A stretch of 64,000 nt of DNA from Clostridia bacterium (GCA_017468465.1 JAFUIN010000023.1:5080-69079); one strand, 5' to 3'. Counted from the first letter of the stretch, positions 36,907 through 47,215 are shown. Notes: generated from the letters alone by a model not told the origin. Numbers and translations: made by a program.

Positions 36907-38754
36907 ATGAAAAAAGTGTGCGACAAATTGCAAGAACACAAGGAAAAATTAAAACTGGTACCAAAAAAACCCGGTGTGTACCTGATGAAAAATCAGGATG
37001 ACCGGGTCATTTATGTTGGCAAAGCAAAAGCGCTTCACAACCGTTTGTCGCAATATTTCATTGGTACTCCCAAAGATACAAAAACCATGCAAATGGTCGC
37101 CCACGTGGACCATTTTGATTATATCATTACTGCATCAGAAAAGGATGCACTCCTATTAGAAAACAATCTTATCAAAAAATATAAGCCAAAGTATAACATT
37201 CTCTTAAAAGATGATAAAACCTATCCCTTTATCAAAATCAACCGTGGTGAAAAGTTTCCCTATTTGTCTCTTGTGAGAAAAGTTCAAAAGGATGCGGGAC
37301 AGTATTACGGCCCTTATCTGAATGCGCAGATTGTAAACGAGGTGATCGACCTGGTTTCCAAGGAATACGGTCTTCGCTCTTGTCAAAGCAATTTATCCAA
37401 AGGAAAAATGCGCCCCTGTCTGAATTATCATATCGGATACTGCACAGCCCCCTGCTTTGGGCATATCTCCGAAGAGGAATATAACCAAAAACTGCAGCAA
37501 GCCATCCAAGCTCTGGATAACGGTTTGCGGAGCATATTACCGCAGTTGAAAGAAAAAATGGAAGCCTGTGCTGCGGCCTTGGATTTTGAAGGTGCCGCAA
37601 AATATCGGGACAGCATTCGTCTGGTTGAAAAATTCTCGCAAAAGCATCAGGTAATTACCGTGAAAAAAGTCACCCTGGATGCAATCTTTTTATATCGTGA
37701 CGGTCCCCTTTCTGCGATTTCCGTGCTGGAGGTGCGAAACGGTATCATCAACGGCAAAAAAAATTATACTTTTCCGGAATCTCAGGCTGTTCCTACCGAC
37801 GAAATGATTTCTTCTTTTTTGGAACAATATTATCTGACACAGGAAAATAAGACAGGGCGTATCGTGCTGTCTGTCAACGAAGAGACCATGCCTGATTTTC
37901 CGCTCTTATCCGAGCTTTTATCCCGTTTGTTTGAGCAAAAAATCACTGTCTCTGCACCACGCGGAAAATTCACAAAAGACCTTTTGGAAATGGCAAAAAT
38001 CAATGCCATTGAAGCAATCAAATTGCGGTTGGAATCCAAAATCGATGACCAGCTGTTTCTTTTGAAGGAAGCACTCAATTTATTTCAGACCCCCCTGCGA
38101 ATTGAAAGCTACGACAACTCCAATACCGCAGGTGCAAATGCAGTGGGCGTAATGACCGTATTTGAAAACGGCGTTCTCTCGCAAAAAGAAAAACGAACCT
38201 TTGCCATCAAAAACCGCAACGGTTCCGACGACTACGCCGCTATGTACGAGGTGCTGGACCGAAGATTTTCTCATCTTGCAAATGGAGACAAAGGCTTTGA
38301 TATTGCCCCAGATTTGGTTTTGGTAGATGGTGGAAAAGGTCAGGTTAAAATCGCCAAGGAAGTACTGATCAAACATAACTTTCAAATTCCGGTTTTTGGT
38401 ATGGTGAAGGATGAAAAGCATCGTCTCAGAGACTTAACTGACGGCTACCGAATGTATCAAATAAAGGATGCACGGCAAGTGTTTGTGTTTGTGTCTAAAA
38501 TCAACGAAGAAACGCACAAAAACGCGTTATCCTATCACAAAAAGAAAACCACACTCACTGCCACACAGTCGGAGCTTCTCACCATTCCTCAAGTGGGAAT
38601 GACTACCCTGAAAAAGCTATATGGTCATTTCAAAACCTTAAAAAACATCAAGGAAGCGACAGAAGAAGAACTGAAGCTTGCAGTTCCAAGCTCTGCCGCT
38701 AAAAACATCTACCGCCATTTTCATCCTGATGAATTTGATGCTTCAAAACAATAA
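36907..38754 (+). CDS. uvrC: Excinuclease ABC subunit C
   Basis: GIY-YIG PGVYLM..VIYVGKAK, PKYNILLKDDKTYP, RIESYDNS, DDYAAM, LVDGGKGQ, C-terminal HhH; start MKKVCD after CAGGAG. Confidence 0.96.
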   Translation: MKKVCDKLQEHKEKLKLVPKKPGVYLMKNQDDRVIYVGKAKALHNRLSQYFIGTPKDTKTMQMVAHVDHFDYIITASEKDALLLENNLIKKYKPKYNILLKDDKTYPFIKINRGEKFPYLSLVRKVQKDAGQYYGPYLNAQIVNEVIDLVSKEYGLRSCQSNLSKGKMRPCLNYHIGYCTAPCFGHISEEEYNQKLQQAIQALDNGLRSILPQLKEKMEACAAALDFEGAAKYRDSIRLVEKFSQKHQVITVKKVTLDAIFLYRDGPLSAISVLEVRNGIINGKKNYTFPESQAVPTDEMISSFLEQYYLTQENKTGRIVLSVNEETMPDFPLLSELLSRLFEQKITVSAPRGKFTKDLLEMAKINAIEAIKLRLESKIDDQLFLLKEALNLFQTPLRIESYDNSNTAGANAVGVMTVFENGVLSQKEKRTFAIKNRNGSDDYAAMYEVLDRRFSHLANGDKGFDIAPDLVLVDGGKGQVKIAKEVLIKHNFQIPVFGMVKDEKHRLRDLTDGYRMYQIKDARQVFVFVSKINEETHKNALSYHKKKTTLTATQSELLTIPQVGMTTLKKLYGHFKTLKNIKEATEEELKLAVPSSAAKNIYRHFHPDEFDASKQ

Positions 38755-38931
38755 AAACAGTATCGTTCCACCAATCAGGAGTAACACACCGCCACCCAAT
38801 AAGAGAAAGAATCCCGTCGGATACTTTCTCTTATTTTTTATGCGAAAACGCTGGGACAATGACGTTTGTTTTTTGATATAATTTTCAATAATTTCTTCCG
38901 CAACCTGCAACGCCATGCTTTTATGATTCAT
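38743..38931 (-). CDS. Small tail-anchored membrane protein (62 aa), hypothetical
   Basis: Strong RBS AGAAAGGAA 9 nt before ATG; C-terminal hydrophobic helix FFLLLGGGVLLLIGGTILFLLF. Confidence 0.55.
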   Translation of the reverse strand: MNHKSMALQVAEEIIENYIKKQTSLSQRFRIKNKRKYPTGFFLLLGGGVLLLIGGTILFLLF

Positions 38932-39033
38932 ATCGTAAAATTCCTTTCCTCAGGATACTCTCAATTCATCCATATTATCGGCAAATTTGTTTACATTATA
39001 CGATGTTATTTTTGACAAGTAACAAACCACAGC

Positions 39034-39063
39034 GTTCTTTTTTTCTCCCTTTTTTCATAATTT
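39034..39063 (+). promoter_or_regulatory. Sigma-E-like sporulation promoter for spoIIP
   Basis: GTTCT...CATAATTT at sigma-E-like spacing, just before RBS AAGGAGG. Confidence 0.5.
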
Positions 39064-39083
39064 AGAAAAAAAGGAGGTAACAA

Positions 39084-40133
39084 ATGAAAACAAGCATTGT
39101 ATTTTCATTAAAAAACTTTTTATACCGACTCAGCATATTGCTGCTGTGCATTGCCATTTTCGCAGCATGCAACAAATGGAATCTACCATCCAAGCTGTTT
39201 TCTTCTATGACAAAACAACTGATTGCCAAAAAAACAGAGCTTCCGTTTTCAAAAGACACGTTTTCTTCTTTGTTATTCGCAAAAACTGTTTATGCCGCTA
39301 TGCCTGTGAACGTCGAAAAGCCTGCAGCTGCCGAAGTTGAAACTGCAACCTCACCGACTCCTGTTGCCACCAGTGCTCCCGAACCTGTTCCGGCATCGAA
39401 GGATTTTTCGTCACCAAGCAATCAAAGCAACAACCACAATCATGGTGTTGTTGTAAAAAACCATGCAGAAAAAAGCTTCAACATTGAAGAACTGCTGAAG
39501 AAGCCCCTGATATTCGACAATTCTACCGGTGGATATAAGGTTCTCGTTGTGCATACACACACAACAGAAAGTTATTTTCCAAATGACCGTGACAACGATG
39601 AAAACAAAAACATGATTCGCGTGGGAAAAGAATTTGTCAATGTGCTGGAAAAAAACCATATTCAAACGCTGCACATTACCAAGGTGCACGATGTTCCTTA
39701 TACCACCTCGTACAAAAAAAGCCTGGAAAGCGTGAATGCTGCCTTAAAAGAGCATCCCTCTATTGAAGTGGTAATCGACTTACACCGGGACGCTTTATAC
39801 GATGCAAACGGTGGAAAAATCAAGCCTTTGACAACCATAAACGGAGAAGCTGCTGCACAGGTAATGATTGTAACCGGAACCGAAAAAGGCGGTCTTCCCC
39901 ACCCGAACTGGATTGATAATCTGACCTTTGCCGTAAAGGTGCAGAACAATCTGCAACAACACTATCCCAATTTGGCACGTCCTGTAGATTTAAGAAAAGA
40001 ACGATTCAATACCCATACCACAAAAAATTCCATTATTTTTGAAATCGGTGCCAACGGAAACACCATAGAAGAAGCAATCGCCGGAGCAAAGCTGGCGGCA
40101 CAGGCAGTGGCAAACGTGCTCCAATCGAAATAA
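39084..40133 (+). CDS. spoIIP: Stage II sporulation protein P (cell-wall hydrolase)
   Basis: N-terminal TM helix, HTHTTESY, IDLHRDA, RFN.H...IFEIG..GNT.EEA. Confidence 0.92.
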   Translation: MKTSIVFSLKNFLYRLSILLLCIAIFAACNKWNLPSKLFSSMTKQLIAKKTELPFSKDTFSSLLFAKTVYAAMPVNVEKPAAAEVETATSPTPVATSAPEPVPASKDFSSPSNQSNNHNHGVVVKNHAEKSFNIEELLKKPLIFDNSTGGYKVLVVHTHTTESYFPNDRDNDENKNMIRVGKEFVNVLEKNHIQTLHITKVHDVPYTTSYKKSLESVNAALKEHPSIEVVIDLHRDALYDANGGKIKPLTTINGEAAAQVMIVTGTEKGGLPHPNWIDNLTFAVKVQNNLQQHYPNLARPVDLRKERFNTHTTKNSIIFEIGANGNTIEEAIAGAKLAAQAVANVLQSK

Positions 40134-40137
40134 GCTT

Positions 40138-41043
40138 TCAGGAAACAAAGTTTTCTGCATAAGAAAGGTCAATATTCCGATGCAGTGCCAGGTTGATTCC
40201 ACCGGCAACCATACGGGCACTGCGGGCAATCATATTGTCGATATCCTTCGGACTGACAAAACAATTTTTATCGGTATGTTTCATCATGGCACGAAGCATT
40301 GTTTGTGCCTCTTCCAAGCTGTCATTTGCTTCAAAAAAAGACGATAACGCAGAATAAACAATGGAATCAGAATCCACTACCGTGGGAATCCCAATGGCAA
40401 TCACCGGAACCCCTAAGGAGTCCTTGTTCAATCCATCTCTGCGGTTTCCCACACCGGAGCCGGGGTTAATGCCTGTATCGGTTAACTGTACCGTAGAAAA
40501 CATTCTGCCCGGATTTCCGGCACAAAGTGCATCTACGGCAATGACTGCTGACGGTTGATACCGCCCCACAACGCCTTTGACAATCTCAACCGTTTCCAAG
40601 CCGGTAATCCCCATTACCCCCGGAGAAATGGCGCTGACTGCCTGAAAATCTGCTTTGTTTTCGGTATTCAGATAATCCATTACGTGATTGGTTACCATAA
40701 TGCGTTCTATCACAGAGGGTCCCAAGGAATCGGGCGTAATATTGCGGTTTCCTAACCCGATAACCAAAATCTTTTCTGTGTTTTTGGGTAATAGCTTTTT
40801 CAGCTCTGTTGCTAATAATTCGGTGTGTTGCTCCAGTTTTTCCGGAAGAGTGTCGGTAAACGCCTTGGTTTCCAGCGTTACAAAATTACCCATCGGTTTC
40901 TGAACCAGTCGGGATGCTTCCTTTGTTGTAATGGAAATGCGCGTTACCAAAGTGCCTTCTGCTTCCTCGGTTGATTGCATAATTCCTTCGTTTTCGTGGG
41001 TATAGATGCTCTCTAAAGCAAGGTCTGTTCGTAGTGGCGACAT
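40138..41043 (-). CDS. gpr: Germination protease (GPR endopeptidase)
   Basis: RTDLALE, GLGNRNITPDSLGP, PGVMG.TG.ET, DTGI.PGSGVGNRR, AIGIPTVVD. Confidence 0.95.
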   Translation of the reverse strand: MSPLRTDLALESIYTHENEGIMQSTEEAEGTLVTRISITTKEASRLVQKPMGNFVTLETKAFTDTLPEKLEQHTELLATELKKLLPKNTEKILVIGLGNRNITPDSLGPSVIERIMVTNHVMDYLNTENKADFQAVSAISPGVMGITGLETVEIVKGVVGRYQPSAVIAVDALCAGNPGRMFSTVQLTDTGINPGSGVGNRRDGLNKDSLGVPVIAIGIPTVVDSDSIVYSALSSFFEANDSLEEAQTMLRAMMKHTDKNCFVSPKDIDNMIARSARMVAGGINLALHRNIDLSYAENFVS

Positions 41044-41085
41044 ACTGACATTTCTCCTTTTTATTTTTAGTATGTCCGAAAATAT

Positions 41086-41130
41086 AAAAAAACGTAAGGA
41101 ATTTTTTCAGAATTCCCTACGTTTTTTCTT
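41086..41130 (-). terminator. Intrinsic terminator after the amidase gene
   Basis: AAAAAACGTAAGGAATT...AATTCCCTACGTTTTTT stem. Confidence 0.7.
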
Positions 41131-41133
41131 TTT

Positions 41134-42936
41134 TTAGGATGCCTGATCCACCGCAATCATTTTAGCATAAATCTTTTCAATCCCGATTGCAATATGCTCA
41201 GCAATTTTCTCGATTCGTTCTTCCTGCAATAGTTTTTCCAAATCGGCAGGATTCGACATAAACAAGCATTCCACTAATATTGCCGGCATTTGGGTTTTGC
41301 GGATTACCACAATCTGCGGATTTTTAAGGAGTCCTCTGTCGTAACCTTCTGTTCCTTTCACCAATTCCTTTTGCATGATATTGGCAATGGTTTTTCCGGA
41401 AATGTTCATTCCTTCCTTGGGGTCATCGTAAGCATACATGGTCAAGGTTCCCTTTGCAGAAGAATCCTCAAAGGAGTTGTTGTGAATGGATACAAACAAA
41501 TCTGCATTTGCAGAATTGGCAATATCTGCACGGGTTGTAAGCCCTACATAAGTATCAGTGGTACGGGTTGCAATCACACGGTAGCCTTTATTCTGAAGAA
41601 TCTTCAGAACATGGTTGGAAATTGCCAGATTCAGTTCTTTTTCTTTCACCACAATTTCGCCATCCACTATGCCTAATGTTCCCGGCTCGGTTCCACCGTG
41701 ACCGGGGTCTAAAACAATGAGTTTTTCGGTTTTGGAAACCGAATCTTCCTCCGGAATCGGTGTAGGAATCAGCTTCGGCTCTGTTACGGTGACAATGAAG
41801 CTTGTCCCGTCTGCCCGATAAGTATATCGGGCATCTTCTTTTGCGGTAATGGTTACCCGAGTTTTATCGGTATGTTCATAAAACTGAATCTTTTCCACGT
41901 AATTTCCTTGGAAGTGAAGGTTATCTGCTGTGCATCCGGTATTGTAAAAATCAATCACAATCCGATAAGGATTATAAAGCACAAAGGGGTCTGCAGAAAG
42001 TACCGTGTTGGACGAAATAATAATTTCATCATCGTCTGCTTGTTTACTTGCAGAAATCTTCTTCACCATAGATGGAGAGTCGGTCAGAGAAATGGAGAAA
42101 AAGCCGTTGTCATACCCGAAGTTTACCTTGGTTTCCTTATTCAAATCCACCACAATGCGTACACTGTTCGGCTGAACGGTAAACTGTGAAAAACGAATTT
42201 TGGAAATATATTCTGACCCTACTTTCAATTCGTTAATATCGGTTTGCAGCACCGCATCAGGAATATCCACAACATACCGAAGGGGATTTTCCAGCTTCAT
42301 GGTCTGATAGGACTCGATTTTTCCCGTTTTGGTTTGAATTTTCAAGTATAGCTGATTGGCTGTTCGTTCAGTAAAGATTTTATTAATAGTAATATCGTCT
42401 TCTGTAGTCAGTGTGCCCTCTGTATTCTTGCCGGGTGACTGGGTTGACACCGGTTTAATGACAGGAGCAGCGGTTGGTTTTACAGTAGGAGAAGGCGTAG
42501 GTGACGGTGTGGGCGACGGCATCGTAATCAATACACTGCGGGTATCGTCATCCCAATCTACATCGTAGCCGAAATTTTCCGACACAAACCGAATCGGGAC
42601 AAAGGTTCTGTCGTTACGAATCAATGCCGGAGTATCCATAATAACCGGCATATCTCCCACATAGGCAATTTCATTGTCTATGGTTAAAACAACACGTCGG
42701 TTCGGAGAATAAATGGTTACCTTGCGGTTTGCAGGATTCCAAAGCACGTCATAGCCCATTTTTTCGGTGATCATGCGAACCGGAACCATCGTACGGCTAT
42801 TTTCTATGTATGGCTCTACGTCGGAAGTAATCCGATTTCCTTCCAGATAAATTTTTATACTGTCATCAGCAACAACCGCTACCGCAGTCTGCAACAATAA
42901 TATCAATGCCAGGAAAAAAACTGTCAATTTTTTCAT
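41134..42936 (-). CDS. N-acetylmuramoyl-L-alanine amidase (copper-amine-oxidase-like N domain, PT linker, AMIN domains, Amidase_3)
   Basis: Signal peptide; RTMVPVR and RTFVPIRFVSE; PSPTPSPT linker; LENPLRYVVD; LDPGHGG, SIHNNS, PAILVE..FMSN. Confidence 0.9.
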   Translation of the reverse strand: MKKLTVFFLALILLLQTAVAVVADDSIKIYLEGNRITSDVEPYIENSRTMVPVRMITEKMGYDVLWNPANRKVTIYSPNRRVVLTIDNEIAYVGDMPVIMDTPALIRNDRTFVPIRFVSENFGYDVDWDDDTRSVLITMPSPTPSPTPSPTVKPTAAPVIKPVSTQSPGKNTEGTLTTEDDITINKIFTERTANQLYLKIQTKTGKIESYQTMKLENPLRYVVDIPDAVLQTDINELKVGSEYISKIRFSQFTVQPNSVRIVVDLNKETKVNFGYDNGFFSISLTDSPSMVKKISASKQADDDEIIISSNTVLSADPFVLYNPYRIVIDFYNTGCTADNLHFQGNYVEKIQFYEHTDKTRVTITAKEDARYTYRADGTSFIVTVTEPKLIPTPIPEEDSVSKTEKLIVLDPGHGGTEPGTLGIVDGEIVVKEKELNLAISNHVLKILQNKGYRVIATRTTDTYVGLTTRADIANSANADLFVSIHNNSFEDSSAKGTLTMYAYDDPKEGMNISGKTIANIMQKELVKGTEGYDRGLLKNPQIVVIRKTQMPAILVECLFMSNPADLEKLLQEERIEKIAEHIAIGIEKIYAKMIAVDQAS

Positions 42937-42984
42937 AAGACGGCAATCAACTCCTTTCCCATATCAATTCTTATCCCAAAAAAA

Positions 42985-44013
42985 TTATTCCAATGTCATT
43001 TGTTCATACTGTTCCGTTTTTTCATACGGAATCCCAAAATGCTGATATGCCAATCTGGTAACTACTCTGCCGCGAGGGGTTCTCTGTAAAAAACCAAGCT
43101 GCATAAGATAAGGTTCGTACACATCTTCAATAGTGTTGGCATCTTCTCCGGTGGTTGCAGCCAGCGTTTCCAAGCCAACCGGCCCGCCGGAGAAAGCGTC
43201 AATCATGGTTTTGATCATATTTTTGTCGGTTCTGTCCAGCCCGATATCATCAATTTCCAGCATAGAAAGCGCATAATCTGCTGTTTTTGCATCTACGTTT
43301 CCATTAGACTTGATTTCGGCATAGTCACGCACACGGCGCAACAAACGGTTAGCAATTCGGGGAGTTCCTCTGGAACGGCGGGCTATCTCCATTGCACCTG
43401 AAATTTCTATATTGACGCCCAGAATCTGTGCAGAACGAAGAACAATCTGCATCAGCTCCTCCGTGGTATAAAGCTCCAACCGCTGAAGGACACCAAAACG
43501 ATCTCTCAAAGGAGAAGTCAAGCTACCCGCTTTTGTAGTTGCTCCAATCAATGTAAATTTGGGCAAATCCAGACGAATACTTCTTGCAGCCGGCCCTTTC
43601 CCGATAATAATGTCCAAGGCGAAATCTTCCATTGCCGGATACAACACCTCTTCCACGCTTTTGGAAAGACGATGAATTTCGTCGATAAACAAAACATCAT
43701 GCTCGGAAAGGTTGGTCAGAATTGCCGCTAAATCACCCGGTTTTTCAATGGCAGGACCGGAAGTGACACGCAAATTTACATTCAGCTCGTTGGCAATGAT
43801 ATTCGCAAGGGTTGTTTTCCCCAATCCGGGAGGTCCGTAAAACAAACAATGGTCCAAGGACTCATTCCTTTTTTTGGCGGCCTCGATAAAGATTTTCATA
43901 TTCTCTTTTACTTTTTGCTGCCCGATATAGTCCTCCAGTGTTTTGGGGCGAAGACTCAGTTCAGAGTCATTTCCCAAAGCTTCCGGAGTGACAATTCTTT
44001 CTTCTTCCATCAT
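42985..44013 (-). CDS. ruvB: Holliday junction branch migration helicase RuvB
   Basis: [57 protein letters not shown]. Confidence 0.98.
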   Translation of the reverse strand: MMEEERIVTPEALGNDSELSLRPKTLEDYIGQQKVKENMKIFIEAAKKRNESLDHCLFYGPPGLGKTTLANIIANELNVNLRVTSGPAIEKPGDLAAILTNLSEHDVLFIDEIHRLSKSVEEVLYPAMEDFALDIIIGKGPAARSIRLDLPKFTLIGATTKAGSLTSPLRDRFGVLQRLELYTTEELMQIVLRSAQILGVNIEISGAMEIARRSRGTPRIANRLLRRVRDYAEIKSNGNVDAKTADYALSMLEIDDIGLDRTDKNMIKTMIDAFSGGPVGLETLAATTGEDANTIEDVYEPYLMQLGFLQRTPRGRVVTRLAYQHFGIPYEKTEQYEQMTLE

Positions 44014-44084
44014 AGGCTTGGTTCCTTTCGTTACAAATTATCCATATCTATTCTATTGGCAAATGAAAATTTCAACTTTCAAAA

Positions 44085-44599
44085 CAAGTCGCACGAAAAT
44101 TGCTCAGATTGTGTATTTCAGCGAGTGCCGCGTACTTTTTTAGTATCGGTACGCGTCCATCTGTTTACCCGGAATTTTACCTTGAATAAGTCGCAGAAAA
44201 ATTGCTCAGGTTGTGCATTTCAGCAAGCGCCGCGTACTTTTTTTGTTATCCGGCACGCGTCATCTACTGATCCAGGATTTTTACCTAAGACAAGTCGCAG
44301 AAAAATTGCTCAGGTTGTGCATTTCAGCAAGCGCCGCGTACTTTTTTTGTTATCCGGCACGCGTCATCTGCTGATCCAGGATTTTTACCTAAGACAAGTC
44401 GCACGAAAATTGCTTAGATTGTGCATTTCAACAAGTGCCGCGTACTTTTTTGGTATCGGTACGCGTCATCTGCTGATCTAGGATTTTTACCTAAGACAAG
44501 TCGCAGAAAAATTGCTCAGGTTGTGCATTTCAACGAGTGCCGCGTACCTGGTGTACGCAAATGAGTGTAAATGTGCAAGATGAGTGATTTTTCAAGACT
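44085..44599. repeat. Tandem array of five 102-104-bp palindromic units between ruvA and ruvB
   Basis: (C/T)AAGTCGCA units start at 44085, 44187, 44291, 44395, 44497; they share TTGTGCATTT.A...AG.GCCGCGTAC with the 30.5-kb array. Confidence 0.95.
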
Positions 44600-45191
44600 A
44601 CATTAACTCTTTTAGTGCTAATTTAATAATCTCTTCCAGCTGGTCCGACTTGGAAGATACAAATTTCACTGCTTGACGGGATTCGTATGCAGAATATCCT
44701 AAAACCATCAGGGCGTTTACGGCTTCTTGCAAAATACTGTTGGGAACAGAAACGGTTGTTTCGCCGGAAGCTCCTGCAATTTCCCGAAGGTCAACCCCTT
44801 TCAGTTTGTCTTTTAATTCAACGATAATTTTTTCTGCCAGTTTTTTCCCAACGCCTTGCGCTCTGGTAATGGATTGTGCATCCTGTGTTGCAACACTCAT
44901 GGCAAATTCAGTCGGTGTTAAGGCAGACAAAACTGCCAAAGCAGCTTTTGGACCAACCCCCGAAACCGACAGCAGCATTTTGAAGGTAGAAAGCTCCTCT
45001 TCGGTGGAAAATCCATATAAATCGAGAGCATCCTCCTTCACATTCAAATACGTGTAAACGGTTGCTTCCTGATGATTGGTAACACGGGCTAATGTTGTAT
45101 TGGAGGTGTAGATTTTATATCCGATTCCCCCATTATGTATAACCAAGAACCCTTCTTTCACTTCTGCAAGTCCTGAAATACTATAATACAT
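44598..45191 (-). CDS. ruvA: Holliday junction branch migration protein RuvA
   Basis: GIGY, VKEDALDLYGF, VSGVGPKAAL, GVGKK.AEKIIVELKDK, AL..LGY. Confidence 0.96.
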   Translation of the reverse strand: MYYSISGLAEVKEGFLVIHNGGIGYKIYTSNTTLARVTNHQEATVYTYLNVKEDALDLYGFSTEEELSTFKMLLSVSGVGPKAALAVLSALTPTEFAMSVATQDAQSITRAQGVGKKLAEKIIVELKDKLKGVDLREIAGASGETTVSVPNSILQEAVNALMVLGYSAYESRQAVKFVSSKSDQLEEIIKLALKELM

Positions 45192-45230
45192 AAAAATTAC
45201 CGTCTCTTTCTATCGTAATAAAATGAATCA

Positions 45231-45728
45231 TTATTTCAGCTTATCAAGATAACTGTGATAGCCGGAATAATTGGTGTGACAAACAGCAATCGCAAGGGCG
45301 TCGGCAATATCGTCCGGCTTTGGAATTTTCTCTAAATTCAGCAGCGTTTTTACCATTTTCTGAACCTGCATTTTTTCTGCTTTTCCATAGCCCACAACTG
45401 CTTGCTTCACCTGAAGCGGTGTATATTCATACACAGAAATTCCCGCAAGCTGACATGCCAAAAGAATGACTCCACGTGCCTGTGCAACGGCAATGGCGGT
45501 GGTGGTATTGGTATTAAAAAACAGTTGTTCAATGGCAACCACATCAGGCTTTGTTTCTGAAAGCCAGAGATTCATCTCCCGAAAAATAGTCTCCAACCGG
45601 TTAGACATTTCTTCTTTCGGAAAAGTTTCAATTTTTCCGTATTTTACAGTGGAATATTTGTTCCCAAAATATTCAATTACCCCTACCCCAACCAATGCGT
45701 AGCCGGGGTCAATCCCCATAATTCTCAT
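45231..45728 (-). CDS. ruvC: Crossover junction endodeoxyribonuclease RuvC
   Basis: GIDPG, AIEQLFF..N, QARGV, YTPLQVKQAVVGYG.A.K.QV, PDD.ADALA.A.CH. Confidence 0.97.
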   Translation of the reverse strand: MRIMGIDPGYALVGVGVIEYFGNKYSTVKYGKIETFPKEEMSNRLETIFREMNLWLSETKPDVVAIEQLFFNTNTTTAIAVAQARGVILLACQLAGISVYEYTPLQVKQAVVGYGKAEKMQVQKMVKTLLNLEKIPKPDDIADALAIAVCHTNYSGYHSYLDKLK

Positions 45729-45842
45729 AGCTTATTCTTAAAAAAACTCCCAATTTTCTTATGCGGAAAATCGTTTTTTTCTCCCTTTTTGCCAAATTTT
45801 CGAATTTTCAAGAAGAATTTTTCATAAAATTCAAATTAGCTC

Positions 45843-45871
45843 TTGTATTTTTATAAAGAATGTAGTATAAT
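45843..45871 (+). promoter_or_regulatory. Sigma-A promoter for argG with a possible overlapping ARG box
   Basis: TTGTAT-17 bp-TATAAT; TGTATTTTTATAAA resembles the ArgR/AhrC palindrome (weak match). Confidence 0.55.
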
Positions 45872-45958
45872 TTTGTAGTAAGTTTATCGGAAACCGTTTT
45901 TTTCGATAAAATTCGAACCACAATTATTATTATAGCACATATAAAGGAGAAATGCAAG

Positions 45959-47167
45959 ATGAAAGAAAAAGTTATTTTAGCTTATTCCGGTGGATTGGAC
46001 ACTTCCATCATTATTCCGTGGCTGAAAGAAAACTACGATTACGAAGTTATCGCTGTTTGCGGTGATGTTGGTCAAGGTAAAGAAACCGACGGTCTGGAAG
46101 AAAAAGCTATCAAAACCGGTGCTTCCAAATGCTACATTGAAGATTTAAGAGAAGAATATGTAAAAGATTTCATTTATCCCACTGTTAGAGCCGGTGCGGT
46201 TTATGAAGGAAAATATTTACTGGGTACCTCCCATGCAAGACCCTGCATCGCAAAAAGACTGGTGGAAATCGCAAGAGCAGAAGGCGCAACCGCTATCTGC
46301 CACGGCGCAACCGGTAAAGGTAATGACCAGGTTCGTTTTGAGCTGACCATCAAGGCATTGGCACCCGACCTGAAAATCATTGCTCCCTGGAGAATCTGGG
46401 ATATCAAATCCAGAGACCAGGAAATTGAATATGCCCAAGAAAGAAACATTCCGATTCCGGTTACCAAAGAAGACAACTATTCTATGGACAGAAACATCTG
46501 GCATCTGTCTCACGAAGGTCAGGACCTGGAAGATCCGTGGAACGAACCCCAGTATGACAAGCTGTTGAAGCTGATGGTTACTCCCGAAGCTGCTCCCGAT
46601 AAACCGGAATATGTGGAAATTGAATTTGTAAAAGGTGACGCTGTAAAGGTGAACGGCGAAGCGCTTTCTCCCTTGGGTGTTGTTACCAAGCTGAACGAAA
46701 TTGCGGCAAGAAACGGTGTAGGTATTGACGACATCGTTGAAAATCGTCTGGTTGGTATGAAATCCAGAGGAGTGTATGAAACTCCCGGTGGAAAGGTGCT
46801 GTACTTTGCGCACAGAGACTTAGAGTACTTATGCTTGGATAAATACACCATGCACTATAAAGAACAGCTGGCTGTAAGATTTGCAGAACTGGTGTACGAC
46901 GGCTTATGGTTCTCTCCCTTAAGAGAAGCATTATCTGCTTTCGTTGATAAAACTCAAGAAAATGTGACCGGTACTGTTAGACTGAAGCTTTACAAAGGAA
47001 ACATTATGTCTGCAGGTTCTAAATCGGAACATTCTCTCTACATCGAAGAATATGCAACCTTTGATGAAGATGAAGTGTACAACCAGAAAGATGCAGAAGG
47101 CTTTATCAACCTCTTTGGCTTACAGACCAAAATGAAAGCATTGGTTGACTTGAAAAACAAGAAATAA
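45959..47167 (+). CDS. argG: Argininosuccinate synthase
   Basis: [42 protein letters not shown]. Confidence 0.98.
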   Translation: MKEKVILAYSGGLDTSIIIPWLKENYDYEVIAVCGDVGQGKETDGLEEKAIKTGASKCYIEDLREEYVKDFIYPTVRAGAVYEGKYLLGTSHARPCIAKRLVEIARAEGATAICHGATGKGNDQVRFELTIKALAPDLKIIAPWRIWDIKSRDQEIEYAQERNIPIPVTKEDNYSMDRNIWHLSHEGQDLEDPWNEPQYDKLLKLMVTPEAAPDKPEYVEIEFVKGDAVKVNGEALSPLGVVTKLNEIAARNGVGIDDIVENRLVGMKSRGVYETPGGKVLYFAHRDLEYLCLDKYTMHYKEQLAVRFAELVYDGLWFSPLREALSAFVDKTQENVTGTVRLKLYKGNIMSAGSKSEHSLYIEEYATFDEDEVYNQKDAEGFINLFGLQTKMKALVDLKNKK

Positions 47168-47179
47168 TTAAATACCAAC

Positions 47180-47215
47180 AGAAGCACAAATCTTTACCAG
47201 GGTTTGTGCTTCTTG
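47180..47215 (+). terminator. Hairpin/terminator after argG
   Basis: AGAAGCACAAA...TTTGTGCTTCT stem. Confidence 0.6.

Noticed and set aside
43849-44481. 210-aa plus-strand ORF
   Set aside because: Antisense to the ruvB start and runs through the repeat array; no recognisable motif.
44085-44599. Possible CRISPR array linked to the CorA gene
   Set aside because: Units repeat along their full length without spacers; they belong to the palindromic repeat family.
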